From assembly GCA_963980225.1 (NCBI GenBank), contig CAXBYW010000006.1:1-35467 (forward strand): a stretch of DNA of 35,467 nt. The letters run 5' to 3'. Within the stretch, counting starts at the first letter, position 1. Every line of letters begins with the position of its first letter. The position numbers were made by a program, and so were the translations under genes. The stretch is from an uncultured bacterium (GTDB taxonomy: Bacteria; Patescibacteriota; Microgenomatia; UBA1400; MFAQ01). This document shows positions 28,101 to 35,467 of this stretch, piece after piece. Under the pieces are notes generated by a model. The model saw only the letters and a list, made by a program, of their open reading frames with translations. It did not search any database and was not told the origin of the DNA.

Positions 28101-28692
28101 CATTCAAATAGACCAGCAACATGTAAAAGGACTTCCCATGACCATATGTCTAGAGAACCACTCCACCAACCGTTGTGACATCTTTGAGCGCCTTCAAGAC
28201 ACATCCTCAACTCAATCAATCATCCAGCCAATTAGTAATCCTCAAGAACCTCCTGGTTACACCCTTCATCTCTACAATCAATCTTTTGGGAAACGTTCCA
28301 CCACTAACAACGTCAACTCCATCTCCATCCAACCCTATCCCCTAAACTTCCTACAAAACATTCTAATCAACAACTCCAAACCTTCTTCCACCATCAACCA
28401 ATCAAACTCCATCATAGAAACAACTCACCCAACAGAATTCCTCTACACCATATCAACAACCTCAACAGAAGACTCTAGTTTAAATCTTTATCAAACTAAA
28501 TCACCCTACTGGTTGGCCATAGAAACAAAAACAAAACTATCACCAAACAACATCGGCTGGCATAACTCCTGGCAACTTCCAGCAGGAGATCATCACACCA
28601 CCATTATCTATCTTCCTCAGTACCTAGAATTTCTTGGCTTGCTTCTTATTCTTATTATCCCCGTAATTTATTTCTTCTACCGCAAGAAATAA
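25186..28692 (+). CDS. Large polytopic membrane protein, GT-C-like (AftD/YfhO type), with extended extracellular domains
   Basis: About 12 N-terminal TM segments, WLTGWDNLHPEF loop, FRSPFTKF, long beta-rich region, GWHNSWQL and a terminal TM. Confidence 0.75.
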   Translation: MSNKLSFKKFKRKKLLSKLRSKAANLWAPLILISISLILAFLNYQPDTWLTGWDNLHPEFFFKLNIKRSLFAVWQEYQGLGLLGGMAHAADLPRQLILYSLNLIGIPTQNLRYLWTFAMLILGPLGVYFFIKDHLLKQRGIKLPFDRNTKTFAALLGGLFYLLNLSTVQNFFVPFETFTSFYGFFPWLLLVTITYLKQPTKRNYLHLVLTYLLAAPAFYVETLFIVLFLCLIPFIKKNKKTFTTFITILITQAYWLLPVIFFVLTNGHIGQEAKINLISTPETYLRNLEFANIKSLSLLKGYLLNFTDLGPGQKFTYLFLPWRQHLENPLINLIGYLNFILILTGIYYAFKRNLKLAPKILSITIICLFFLLGGGLLINNQIPLIGELFRSPFTKFSTPLAFTYSLFFSIGCIFILDLFSFLDTKLTYIFTLFTITLSLLIFTSPAFSGQLISSNMRQQIPVEYFETFEFFKNQDPNTRIANFPQHTFWGWNFYSWGYRGSGFLWYGIKQPILDRAFDVWETKNQDYYQEINAALYSADQKKFENIVEKYAINWILIDKFVISPQENQDLKNQDLVNMLNASDNFKLEKNINNNILIYKSNTDKRVDNFLSITPNKNTPSLPKKDSSIYFPSYTETENIVPVEISYKKLPSQILLKLSPLLPSANSITPESTPNYVYLNLPSFQSSLILEIDNQYFELVLPGELINQPEFYPLNTVYLPTKETIKVNVYTNSPTQVVNVTSALKDATPYQCYTNKKDRDIEKITFSNSISLLGTDVVGCLSLPLPSFNPPGLISTQYTYFSSTSTPANSNITTKNFAFSTTPPQALSPQILPFTTRQFSPLTLEKQQLNLILEANNTNSIQEITFSNIVTNFHPLLATTTLTLNHIPSSSVPLKEAPSEELSFSFPTINSPLNITQTPGKNQLLPQAINCNQFRTGNSLKTITDQTINYFAQDATTCDSLDLRHLPHSTNYLIQIDQQHVKGLPMTICLENHSTNRCDIFERLQDTSSTQSIIQPISNPQEPPGYTLHLYNQSFGKRSTTNNVNSISIQPYPLNFLQNILINNSKPSSTINQSNSIIETTHPTEFLYTISTTSTEDSSLNLYQTKSPYWLAIETKTKLSPNNIGWHNSWQLPAGDHHTTIIYLPQYLEFLGLLLILIIPVIYFFYRKK

Positions 28693-28695
28693 CCT

Positions 28696-28753
28696 TAACT
28701 TCTAAATTGCGAGCAGTGGCCTGCCCAACACACTGCCCGCAACTTAAAAGTCA
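28696..28753 (-). other. 23-bp RNA hairpin with minus-strand polarity
   Basis: All four apparent mismatches are A-C on plus and G-U on minus. Confidence 0.65.
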
Positions 28754-28762
28754 ATTTCTCTA

Positions 28763-28792
28763 TTGACATCATCTCTAAAAAAATGTTAATCT
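28763..28792 (+). promoter_or_regulatory. Promoter for a candidate sRNA
   Basis: TTGACA-N18-TAATCT with a TG extension. Confidence 0.6.
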
Positions 28793-28798
28793 GCTAGT

Positions 28799-28883
28799 TA
28801 GATTGTCATCACCTGTCCTGATGAAAATCTAAAACTGAAGAGCTTTGTCGTTCGAGTTCGGCTACGGCGATAAAGCTCTTTTT
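28799..28883 (+). ncRNA. Candidate ~85-nt sRNA: 5' hairpin plus intrinsic terminator
   Basis: TAGATTGTCATCA-CCTGTCC-TGATGAAAATCTA, then AAGAGCTTTGTCGT...GCGATAAAGCTCTT-TTT with plus-strand G-U pairs. Confidence 0.55.
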
Positions 28884-28924
28884 GTACCTATTTAGTTGTC
28901 AAAACACCACCAATTATTCCCATC

Positions 28925-29062
28925 TTACCTACTCATTACCAATAATTTTTGTTTTAAATTAGCCATTTTTATCAGCTGACCGGCAAATGACTGGACGTCA
29001 CTTAACACATCTTGTCTAATCGTTCTGTTCTTTGTTTTGTTTGCTTTCAGTTTTAATTTCAT
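28925..29062 (-). CDS. Candidate small basic protein (45 aa, below the ORF track cutoff)
   Basis: MKLKLKANKTKNRTIRQDVLSDVQSFAGQLIKMANLKQKLLVMSR; upstream TTGACA and TG-A-TATATT elements. Confidence 0.45.
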   Translation of the reverse strand: MKLKLKANKTKNRTIRQDVLSDVQSFAGQLIKMANLKQKLLVMSR

Positions 29063-29306
29063 ACCTTTGACTTAATCTAATAATAAATATATCATTTTTT
29101 GTCAAATTATTCAACCTATATTAAAGCAATACCTTCTTTCTAACATAACTTATAAAATCAAATTGCCTATTTTTAGCCTTAAAAAACACCTTTTTACTCC
29201 CCCATTACCCTTTGTGGAAAACTATGGGAAACCAACACAACACACACCAAAAGAGAGTTTACCCTTAAGACATGTCAAAACACTTCTCCTCTGCTAAACT
29301 GTTCTC

Positions 29307-30629
29307 ATGGCAAAAAAAACCAATGTCTTTATGTGCACCAGTTGTGGCAACGACTTCCCTAAATGGGCAGGACAGTGCCCGGCATGCAAGGAATGGAACA
29401 CACTATCACTAGTAAACACCTTTTTAAAATCGTCTCCTGGCCAAAAAAGACCCAAGCTAAACAAGGTTAAGCCACAAAATCCAAAAAAGACCTTAGAATC
29501 AGTCCAACATAGTTACTTGGCCACCTCAATCAGTGAAATAGACAGAGTGCTAGGCCAAGGCCTAACTCCTGGTGGAGTTTACCTATTAGCAGGCCAACCA
29601 GGCATAGGTAAGTCTACTTTACTCACCCAACTTGCTATCAAACTATCTCAAAAGGCAACAAAATCAAAAGGAGTCCTTTACGTGTGCTCAGAAGAGAATT
29701 CCACTCAAGTAGCTACTAGAATTAACCGGTTTACAAAGAAGGACACCACCCAGCTACACCTACTCAGTACATCAAATATAGAATCTATCCTTGCCCAGAG
29801 CTCATTAACTAAGTACGATTTAGTAATTATCGACTCTGTCCAATCAGTTCAGACAGACCTAAATCCAACTTCTCCAGGGTCCCCGTCCCAAATAAAAGAT
29901 AGTGCTAACTTAATTATTCAGATGGCAAAAGAAACCCAAACACCTGTCATCCTCGTGGGTCATGTAACCAAAGCAGGCTCCATAGCTGGACCAAAATTAC
30001 TTGAACACATGGTAGACTCAGTTTTAGAGCTTTCTGGCGATAGACAGCACAATTTAAGATTACTTAGAAGTGTAAAAAATCGCTTTGGTCCCACTGATGA
30101 AACCGGAATCTTCAAAATGACCAACCTTGGACTAGAAGAAGTAAAAGATCCTAGTAAATTCATGTTAGAAGGTAGAGTAGAAAATGCTCCAGGATCTTCA
30201 CTTTGCTTAATCATGGAAGGAACTAGACCACTAACAGTAGAAATCCAAGCCCTTGTCGTCCCTTCTAACTTAGCTATTCCCCGTCGAGTTGCCAAAGGTA
30301 TCAATATTAATCGCTTGCAATTAATCTGCGCCGTCTTAACCAAACACCTAAAACTACCCTTAGGTAATAAAGATGTGTTTGTGAATGTTACTGCTGGATA
30401 CAACCTAACCGAACCCGGAGCAGACCTAAGTATCGCGCTAGCTATTTTAAGTTCCACAAAAAACAAACCCCTACCTCAAAATACCATATCTTTTGGTGAA
30501 CTAGGACTATTAGGCGAAATCCGCTCGGTTGCTTTCCAAGAAAAAAGAGTTAAAGAAGCCAAAACCTTAGGCTACAAAAAAACCTTCTCTCCTCAAAACA
30601 CTCCACACTTAAAACAAATAAAACTTTAA
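29307..30629 (+). CDS. radA: DNA repair protein RadA/Sms
   Basis: C4 zinc finger, GQPGIGKST, KNRFG, Lon-like C-terminal domain. Confidence 0.98.
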   Translation: MAKKTNVFMCTSCGNDFPKWAGQCPACKEWNTLSLVNTFLKSSPGQKRPKLNKVKPQNPKKTLESVQHSYLATSISEIDRVLGQGLTPGGVYLLAGQPGIGKSTLLTQLAIKLSQKATKSKGVLYVCSEENSTQVATRINRFTKKDTTQLHLLSTSNIESILAQSSLTKYDLVIIDSVQSVQTDLNPTSPGSPSQIKDSANLIIQMAKETQTPVILVGHVTKAGSIAGPKLLEHMVDSVLELSGDRQHNLRLLRSVKNRFGPTDETGIFKMTNLGLEEVKDPSKFMLEGRVENAPGSSLCLIMEGTRPLTVEIQALVVPSNLAIPRRVAKGININRLQLICAVLTKHLKLPLGNKDVFVNVTAGYNLTEPGADLSIALAILSSTKNKPLPQNTISFGELGLLGEIRSVAFQEKRVKEAKTLGYKKTFSPQNTPHLKQIKL

Positions 30630-31795
30630 CGATATCCTACTGGAACCTCTGTTAAGACCATTCCCAAACTCATTCGTCTGTTTTTACCATCTATCTTCTC
30701 TACGAATACTTCTACTTCATCATTCACCTCAAACTCCTTACCGGCTGGCTTATTAGTCACATGAATCAAGCCATCTATGCCAGGCTCAAAGTTAACGAAC
30801 ACGCCATAAGGAGCTGAGCGCACCACCTTACCTTTGTGTTTCGTGCCAACTGCATAGTTCTTTTCAATATTATCCCAAGGATCATCACTCAATCGTTTTA
30901 TAGACAAATTTAACTTTCCTGCTTTTTTCTCGATCCCAATTACCTGAACATCTAGTTCTTGACCAACTTTAAACAAAGTATTAGGATCATCAACTTTTTT
31001 CCAACTAATTTCACTAATATGAATCAATCCTTCAACTTTAGCTCCAACAGACTCTTTCTTACCTTTGGCCATAGGTACGCTTACCGTTACAAATACTCCA
31101 AATGGCATAATTCCCGACACAGTTCCAACTAATTTTGCATCCATCTTAACACCCTCCAAAGCTTCATGTCTCTTGGCCATTGCCTTAGAATCAGACACCA
31201 ATTTTTCACTAAAAATCAATCTATTTTGTTCTTGATCCACCTCTATTATCTTTACCTTAAACTTGGTGTTCAAAAGCTCTTCCATCTTACCCAAGTACTT
31301 TTCACCAAACTGGGAAGTGGGCACAAACCCTCTCATCTCTCCAGACGTTACTACCATTCCACCTCTATTTACTTCTAATCCTGTTACTTCGGTCTCTGTC
31401 TCTTCCGCCATCATCTTGGTGTATTTCTCCCATCTTCCAGATTCCGCTGCTTGACTCAACGATAAAACAATCTGCCCTTGATCATTCTCTGGATGTTTCA
31501 CAAACGCTTTTATCCTATCTCCCACCTTCAACGTAGCCAATAAATCAGCTGCCTCTGCAGCATCTTCTCCCGTCACTATTCCTTCTGTCTTTGCCCCTAT
31601 ATCCAAAAGCAACAACCTTTTACCTAAACTTGTTATTACACCTTCAATTTCTTGCCTGCGTTTTAGTGTTGTAGGTTCAACCTTAGATCCTGCCAAAAGC
31701 CTATCCATTAAAGACATTTTCTCACTCGATTTTACCCCAGAAACTTTTTCTTTCTTAATTTCTTTCTTAGTTGATACTTTCTTTTTTGTTGCCAT
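30626..31795 (-). CDS. rpsA: 30S ribosomal protein S1 (four S1 domains)
   Basis: DIGAKTEG, RGFVPTSQ, EGLIHISEISW, DGLIH; AAAGGA SD. Confidence 0.92.
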   Translation of the reverse strand: MATKKKVSTKKEIKKEKVSGVKSSEKMSLMDRLLAGSKVEPTTLKRRQEIEGVITSLGKRLLLLDIGAKTEGIVTGEDAAEAADLLATLKVGDRIKAFVKHPENDQGQIVLSLSQAAESGRWEKYTKMMAEETETEVTGLEVNRGGMVVTSGEMRGFVPTSQFGEKYLGKMEELLNTKFKVKIIEVDQEQNRLIFSEKLVSDSKAMAKRHEALEGVKMDAKLVGTVSGIMPFGVFVTVSVPMAKGKKESVGAKVEGLIHISEISWKKVDDPNTLFKVGQELDVQVIGIEKKAGKLNLSIKRLSDDPWDNIEKNYAVGTKHKGKVVRSAPYGVFVNFEPGIDGLIHVTNKPAGKEFEVNDEVEVFVEKIDGKNRRMSLGMVLTEVPVGYR

Positions 31796-31919
31796 TCATG
31801 TGTTTCCTTTCAGTCGTCAAGACTAATCCGTATTCTACCACAAACCACACTCAAGTACCCATCGACCTCCCCATCTAAGCTTCATTAGCCTATACCGGTG
31901 GTTTTTTATGGTCAAAAAC

Positions 31920-32663
31920 CTACTTTAATCTAAAACTCACCACCACACTCTTACTTACCATACTAGACCCAGGCTCAATTGGTATTCCTCCACCCCCACC
32001 CATCTCAGACATCGCCCTGTAAATACTTGTAGGCGAAGACCCCTCAACCACACTTACTACTTCACCCAAACTGCCACCAGCAGCTTCTGCCATGATCTCT
32101 GCCTTTTCTCTAGCATCTTCTATTGCACTAGCTAGTAGCTCATCTCCAGCCTTCTGGCTATCGTCCAACGTCAACATCGGCCCATACACATTGGTCGCCC
32201 CATTCTTAGTTAAAATATCAGCTAACTGTGAAGCCTCATCCACATTCCTCAAAACCACTTCCACATTATTACTCACCCGCCACTGCCCTTTTCTTCTCTT
32301 TTGGACACCTTCTTCATAATAGTTCTCCTCTTCTTGATAAATACTTAAATTAGAAGTCTTGATATCCTCATCCTTAACCCCAAATGTTTTAACTGCCTCA
32401 GTAATCTTGGTAACGATACCATTAACCTCATTCACCGCAGTATCCCTGTCATCATTAACTGCGCTTGCCCCAGCTGTAAACCTAGCTATCTCATTTCTTT
32501 TTTGTTCTTTAGAGGTTCCTGTTACAACAATCAGATTATCTTGAATCAAACTCACCTTCCCCCAATCAACATTACCCCATGGAAATATATAGATAGCACC
32601 TAAACCAACCGCAAAGAAAAATAATATCGCCGCCAATGCATTTATAAAATAGTTTTGTTTCAT
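31920..32663 (-). CDS. SIMPL (DUF541) domain protein
   Basis: IVVTG, DIKTSNLSIY, AIEDAREKAEIMA, IEPGS. Confidence 0.92.
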   Translation of the reverse strand: MKQNYFINALAAILFFFAVGLGAIYIFPWGNVDWGKVSLIQDNLIVVTGTSKEQKRNEIARFTAGASAVNDDRDTAVNEVNGIVTKITEAVKTFGVKDEDIKTSNLSIYQEEENYYEEGVQKRRKGQWRVSNNVEVVLRNVDEASQLADILTKNGATNVYGPMLTLDDSQKAGDELLASAIEDAREKAEIMAEAAGGSLGEVVSVVEGSSPTSIYRAMSEMGGGGGIPIEPGSSMVSKSVVVSFRLK

Positions 32664-32720
32664 AACCTATTTATAGCACAATCAATAAAGGTAGTTGGTG
32701 TGTACTGATATACTATATCT

Positions 32721-32885
32721 GTGGGCCGCACAACAATTAGAGGAAAATTTAAGCATCTAGGCTTTAGAAACCCTCGTTGGTTCATCGGTAAAATATTTTC
32801 AAAAACCAAACTCATTAATCGTTTCAAAAAAGTTAGACCCCAAAAGAAAACAGATACTCCATGGAAATCAAAACCCTCAGTCTAG
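32721..32885 (+). CDS. Uncalled small, highly basic protein (54 aa, GTG start)
   Basis: MGRTTIRGKFKHLGFRNPRWFIGKIFSKTKLINRFKKVRPQKKTDTPWKSKPSV; TG-A-TATACT exactly 6 nt before the GTG; overlaps the next start. Confidence 0.65.
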   Translation: MGRTTIRGKFKHLGFRNPRWFIGKIFSKTKLINRFKKVRPQKKTDTPWKSKPSV

Positions 32886-33478
32886 GAGCACTCCAAACCA
32901 ACTGCTATCTAGTCTGGTGTTCAAAGACACAAGAAGCAGTCATTATCGATCCAGCCGACGAAGCTGGCTACATCACCCAGGAGATACTAGACCTTAAACT
33001 TAAACCTAAATACATCATCCTAACTCATGGGCACTTTGATCACGTCTTAGGAGTCTTAGAGTTAAAACTAAACTTTAATATTCCAATCCTACTTCACAAA
33101 AAAGATCTAACCCTATACCAGCAGACCCAAAAATCAGCTCAGTACTGGCTAAAAATACAAGTAGATCCAACTCCCCCACCAGATCAATTTATAAAACAAA
33201 ACGATCAAATCAAATTTGGTGAACAAACTTTAAAAGTCATAGAGACACCCGGCCATTCACCTGGATCTATCTGTCTCTACTCACCACCAACCCTCTTCTC
33301 TGGCGACACTCTTTTTAAAGATGGTATTGGCAGAACAGACTTTAGCTACTCAAACCCAAAAGACATGCAAACCTCCCTAAAAACTCTTTTCAAACTTCCC
33401 CAAGACACCAAAGTCTATCCCGGTCACGAAGACCACACTACCATTGAAGATGAATCTGGTATATTGACTAATATCTAA
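32861..33478 (+). CDS. MBL-fold metallo-hydrolase (glyoxalase II/YcbL-like)
   Basis: THGHFDH, TPGHSPG, FSGDTLF, GRTD, YPGH. Confidence 0.95.
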   Translation: MEIKTLSLGALQTNCYLVWCSKTQEAVIIDPADEAGYITQEILDLKLKPKYIILTHGHFDHVLGVLELKLNFNIPILLHKKDLTLYQQTQKSAQYWLKIQVDPTPPPDQFIKQNDQIKFGEQTLKVIETPGHSPGSICLYSPPTLFSGDTLFKDGIGRTDFSYSNPKDMQTSLKTLFKLPQDTKVYPGHEDHTTIEDESGILTNI

Positions 33479-33502
33479 TATTAAAAATATTATTAAAAAA
33501 AC

Positions 33503-33964
33503 ATGGAAATAAACGGAGAAGCAACACCTAAAACTATCAAAGAAAGAATAGAAGCAAATCGCTCCAAAGAAGATGACACCACATTACCATACATGCTAAG
33601 ACTAGATGATCTTGGTGCAGATCCAATAAACGCCACCATTAAACCAGCAAAAATAACTGGATTCACCCAGTCATCAAAACAGATGTCAAAAGCCCTCAGA
33701 GAACAGGCAGTCTCAGCCACTCTTGTGGTCACAGAGAAAATTTCTCCAGACACCATCATCAAGATTCCAAGGGTTGAAGATTTTTCTTTTTATCGTGTCT
33801 TGAAAGCACCTCAAAAATACAAAAATCCTCAAAGGTTTCCAAACAGCATCTGGGTTCAAAAAATACCAAACAGTGAAATCAAAAAAGCCATTAAAAACAA
33901 TTCTATCGCCACATTAGAAAATCTTTCTTTAACAGATAATGTCAAAGAAAAACTAGGTATATAA
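33503..33964 (+). CDS. Hypothetical protein
   Basis: 153 aa ORF filling the gap, strand-typical codon usage. Confidence 0.7.
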   Translation: MEINGEATPKTIKERIEANRSKEDDTTLPYMLRLDDLGADPINATIKPAKITGFTQSSKQMSKALREQAVSATLVVTEKISPDTIIKIPRVEDFSFYRVLKAPQKYKNPQRFPNSIWVQKIPNSEIKKAIKNNSIATLENLSLTDNVKEKLGI

Positions 33965-35005
33965 AGAACCACCTTCTTTTAAAACCTTCTTTACTTCACT
34001 AGCCGAATTACAAACGACCAACTTTCGCCTCAACTCAGAAGCATCATCAAACCCTTTTGCGTACCAACTTAAATGTTTTCTGACAGCAAGAAACCTATCA
34101 TCAGGATAATACTCTTCAAACTTCTCTGCATGTTCTAAAGCCACCTTAAGTCTTTCTTTAACCTCTACCTCTCCCATATTTTTCACAAACACCCAAGGAT
34201 TTCCAAACGAAGCCCTACCAACCAAGAAACCATCTCCTCCGTACTTCTTAATTTTTTTCTTTCCATCTTCAACTGACCCAATATCTCCATTCCCTAATAG
34301 CAACGTATCTGTTTTTTTACAAAGCTCTGCTGCTTTTTTAATCTCTTTCCAATCAGCCAAACCACCATACCCTTGCTTCAAGGTTCTCCCATGCAAACTA
34401 ATTACAGCCGGTTCACTCGATAGCAAAACCTTTATCCAATCCTCTGTCACTGGCTTACTATACCCCACCCTAGTTTTAACACTCACCGGAATTTTCTTTC
34501 TCTCTACCACCCCAGACTCACCAACACTTACTATGTAATCAACAATCTTCTTATGTACACCCTTATCTTCCAAACTAACTCCACTAACCCAATCATCCAC
34601 AGCTTTTTTTGTCTCCTTGATTATCTCAACCGCTAGCTTAGGTGTCTCAATTAAACCAGCTCCTTCCCCTCGATTAGCTACCTTTCTAGCCGGACAACCC
34701 ATGTTAATATCCACTCCATCAAACCCTAAAGCACAAACAACCAAAGTAGCTAAATAAAATGCGTTTGGATCTTTACCAAAAAGCTGAGCCACCACTGGAG
34801 ACTCAATCTTGTCATATTTAAAATCACGCATTAACTTAACAGCTCCTGCTCTTATTCCTTCCGCACTCACAAACTCAGTAAACACCACATCAGGGTTTCC
34901 ATGTTTCTTAGTGATAAACCTCATAGCAGCATCCGTCACCCCATCCATTGGTGCCAGTCCCACAATCGGTCCTTTAATATTTTCCCAAAATCCTTTATAA
35001 ACCAT
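33953..35005 (-). CDS. dus: tRNA-dihydrouridine synthase (Dus family)
   Basis: LAPMDGVTD, QLFG, DINMGCP, SVKTR, HGRT, GNGDI, RKHL. Confidence 0.95.
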   Translation of the reverse strand: MVYKGFWENIKGPIVGLAPMDGVTDAAMRFITKKHGNPDVVFTEFVSAEGIRAGAVKLMRDFKYDKIESPVVAQLFGKDPNAFYLATLVVCALGFDGVDINMGCPARKVANRGEGAGLIETPKLAVEIIKETKKAVDDWVSGVSLEDKGVHKKIVDYIVSVGESGVVERKKIPVSVKTRVGYSKPVTEDWIKVLLSSEPAVISLHGRTLKQGYGGLADWKEIKKAAELCKKTDTLLLGNGDIGSVEDGKKKIKKYGGDGFLVGRASFGNPWVFVKNMGEVEVKERLKVALEHAEKFEEYYPDDRFLAVRKHLSWYAKGFDDASELRRKLVVCNSASEVKKVLKEGGSLYT

Positions 35006-35039
35006 ACATCAAAAAAAAATAACCAACTTAACAACTTTG

Positions 35040-35113
35040 TGGGCGAGCCTAGATTCGAACTAGGGACCTCAGTCTTATCAGGACTGCGCTCTAACCAACT
35101 GAGCTACACGCCC
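35040..35113 (-). tRNA. tRNA-Ile(GAT), canonical
   Basis: GGGCGTG...CAGTC-CTGATAA-GACTG...CCTAG-TTCGAAT-CTAGG-CTCGCCC-A. Confidence 0.97.
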
Positions 35114-35143
35114 GCCAGGCTTAATTTTAACATAACTGATACC

Positions 35144-35166
35144 AAAAACCCGCCTTTTATAGCGGG
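35144..35166 (-). terminator. Intrinsic terminator between 16S and tRNA-Ile
   Basis: CCCGCT-ATAAAA-GGCGGG-TTTTT. Confidence 0.7.
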
Positions 35167-35294
35167 ACTTAAGGTAAAAATCATCTCAATAGTGATAGGA
35201 AGTTTTTTTGGGTGTTGATTTCTTTTATTACTTAATCAACCAAAAGTAAAGCGTTCATACATTACTCGAAGCTCGTGACGCTCCGAGATCTCCT

Positions 35295-35467
35295 AGAAAG
35301 GAGGTGATCCAGCCGCTCCTTCCAGAACGGCTACCTTGTTACGACTTAGCCCCCATCACCAACCTTACCTTAGGTGGTCCTTCCCAAGTAAACTTGGTTA
35401 AGGATACCAACTTCGGGCACTGCTGATTTTGTTGACTTGACGGGCAGTGTGTACAAGATGCGAGAAC
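35295..35467 (-). rRNA. rrs: 16S rRNA 3' end (partial)
   Basis: Minus strand AAGTCGTAACAAGGTAGCC...GGATCACCTCCTTTCT and the GTACACAC conserved region. Confidence 0.99.

Noticed and set aside
28696-28753. SRP (4.5S) RNA
   Set aside because: Lacks the conserved CAGG-GNRA-AGCA helix 8 motif
28818-28840. CTGATGA hammerhead core
   Set aside because: No stem II followed by GAAA and no correctly placed cleavage triplet; the motif is paired in a simple hairpin
29213-29221. DnaA box (TTTTCCACA on minus) in an AT-rich gap, possible oriC
   Set aside because: Only one good box, no dnaA nearby and no skew inversion across the region
98-35218. Many 60-170 aa antisense or alternative-frame ORFs in the track (e.g. 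98-316, 1012-1374, 4482-4802, 21879-22271, 29960-30466, 34901-35218)
   Set aside because: Shadows of well-supported genes or RNAs, with no motifs or initiation signals
1-35467. Genetic code 25 (TGA=Gly) as in Gracilibacteria/Absconditabacteria
   Set aside because: Conserved genes are full-length in code 11 and TGA ends genes normally (3880, 13786)

Overview
Chromosomal window from a small-genome bacterium, most likely Patescibacteria/CPR of the Microgenomates group. This is an inference from the CPR-type pilin, DUF4012, sortase, short Obg, 16S not followed by 23S and extreme strand skew. Standard genetic code. Contents: the end of an FN3 surface protein; comF, a pilin and two TPR proteins; obg; a ~9 kb surface-glycosylation cluster (B12-radical SAM, 2 methyltransferases, 5 GT2, TMTC-like GT-C); LysM/M23 peptidase, DUF4012, rho, sortase with a probable substrate, orphan genes, a large GT-C-like membrane protein, radA, rpsA, SIMPL, MBL hydrolase, dus; canonical tRNA-Ala(GGC) and tRNA-Ile(GAT); and the 16S 3' end. 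Most unexplained signal is in non-coding DNA. The top candidate is a ~290-nt minus-strand RNA (442-730): an atypical tRNA(GAU)-like fold joined to a hairpin whose loop carries a perfect 13-nt complement of this organism's own 16S 3' tail, then a second hairpin and a terminator. Also notable: a deformed tRNA-Ala(CGC)-like element, small ORFs clamped by 5'-3' long-range pairing, an sRNA/small-ORF antisense pair, an uncalled 54-aa basic protein and pervasive leaderless gene architecture. All RNA folds were done by eye and family calls come from motif recognition, not database searches.
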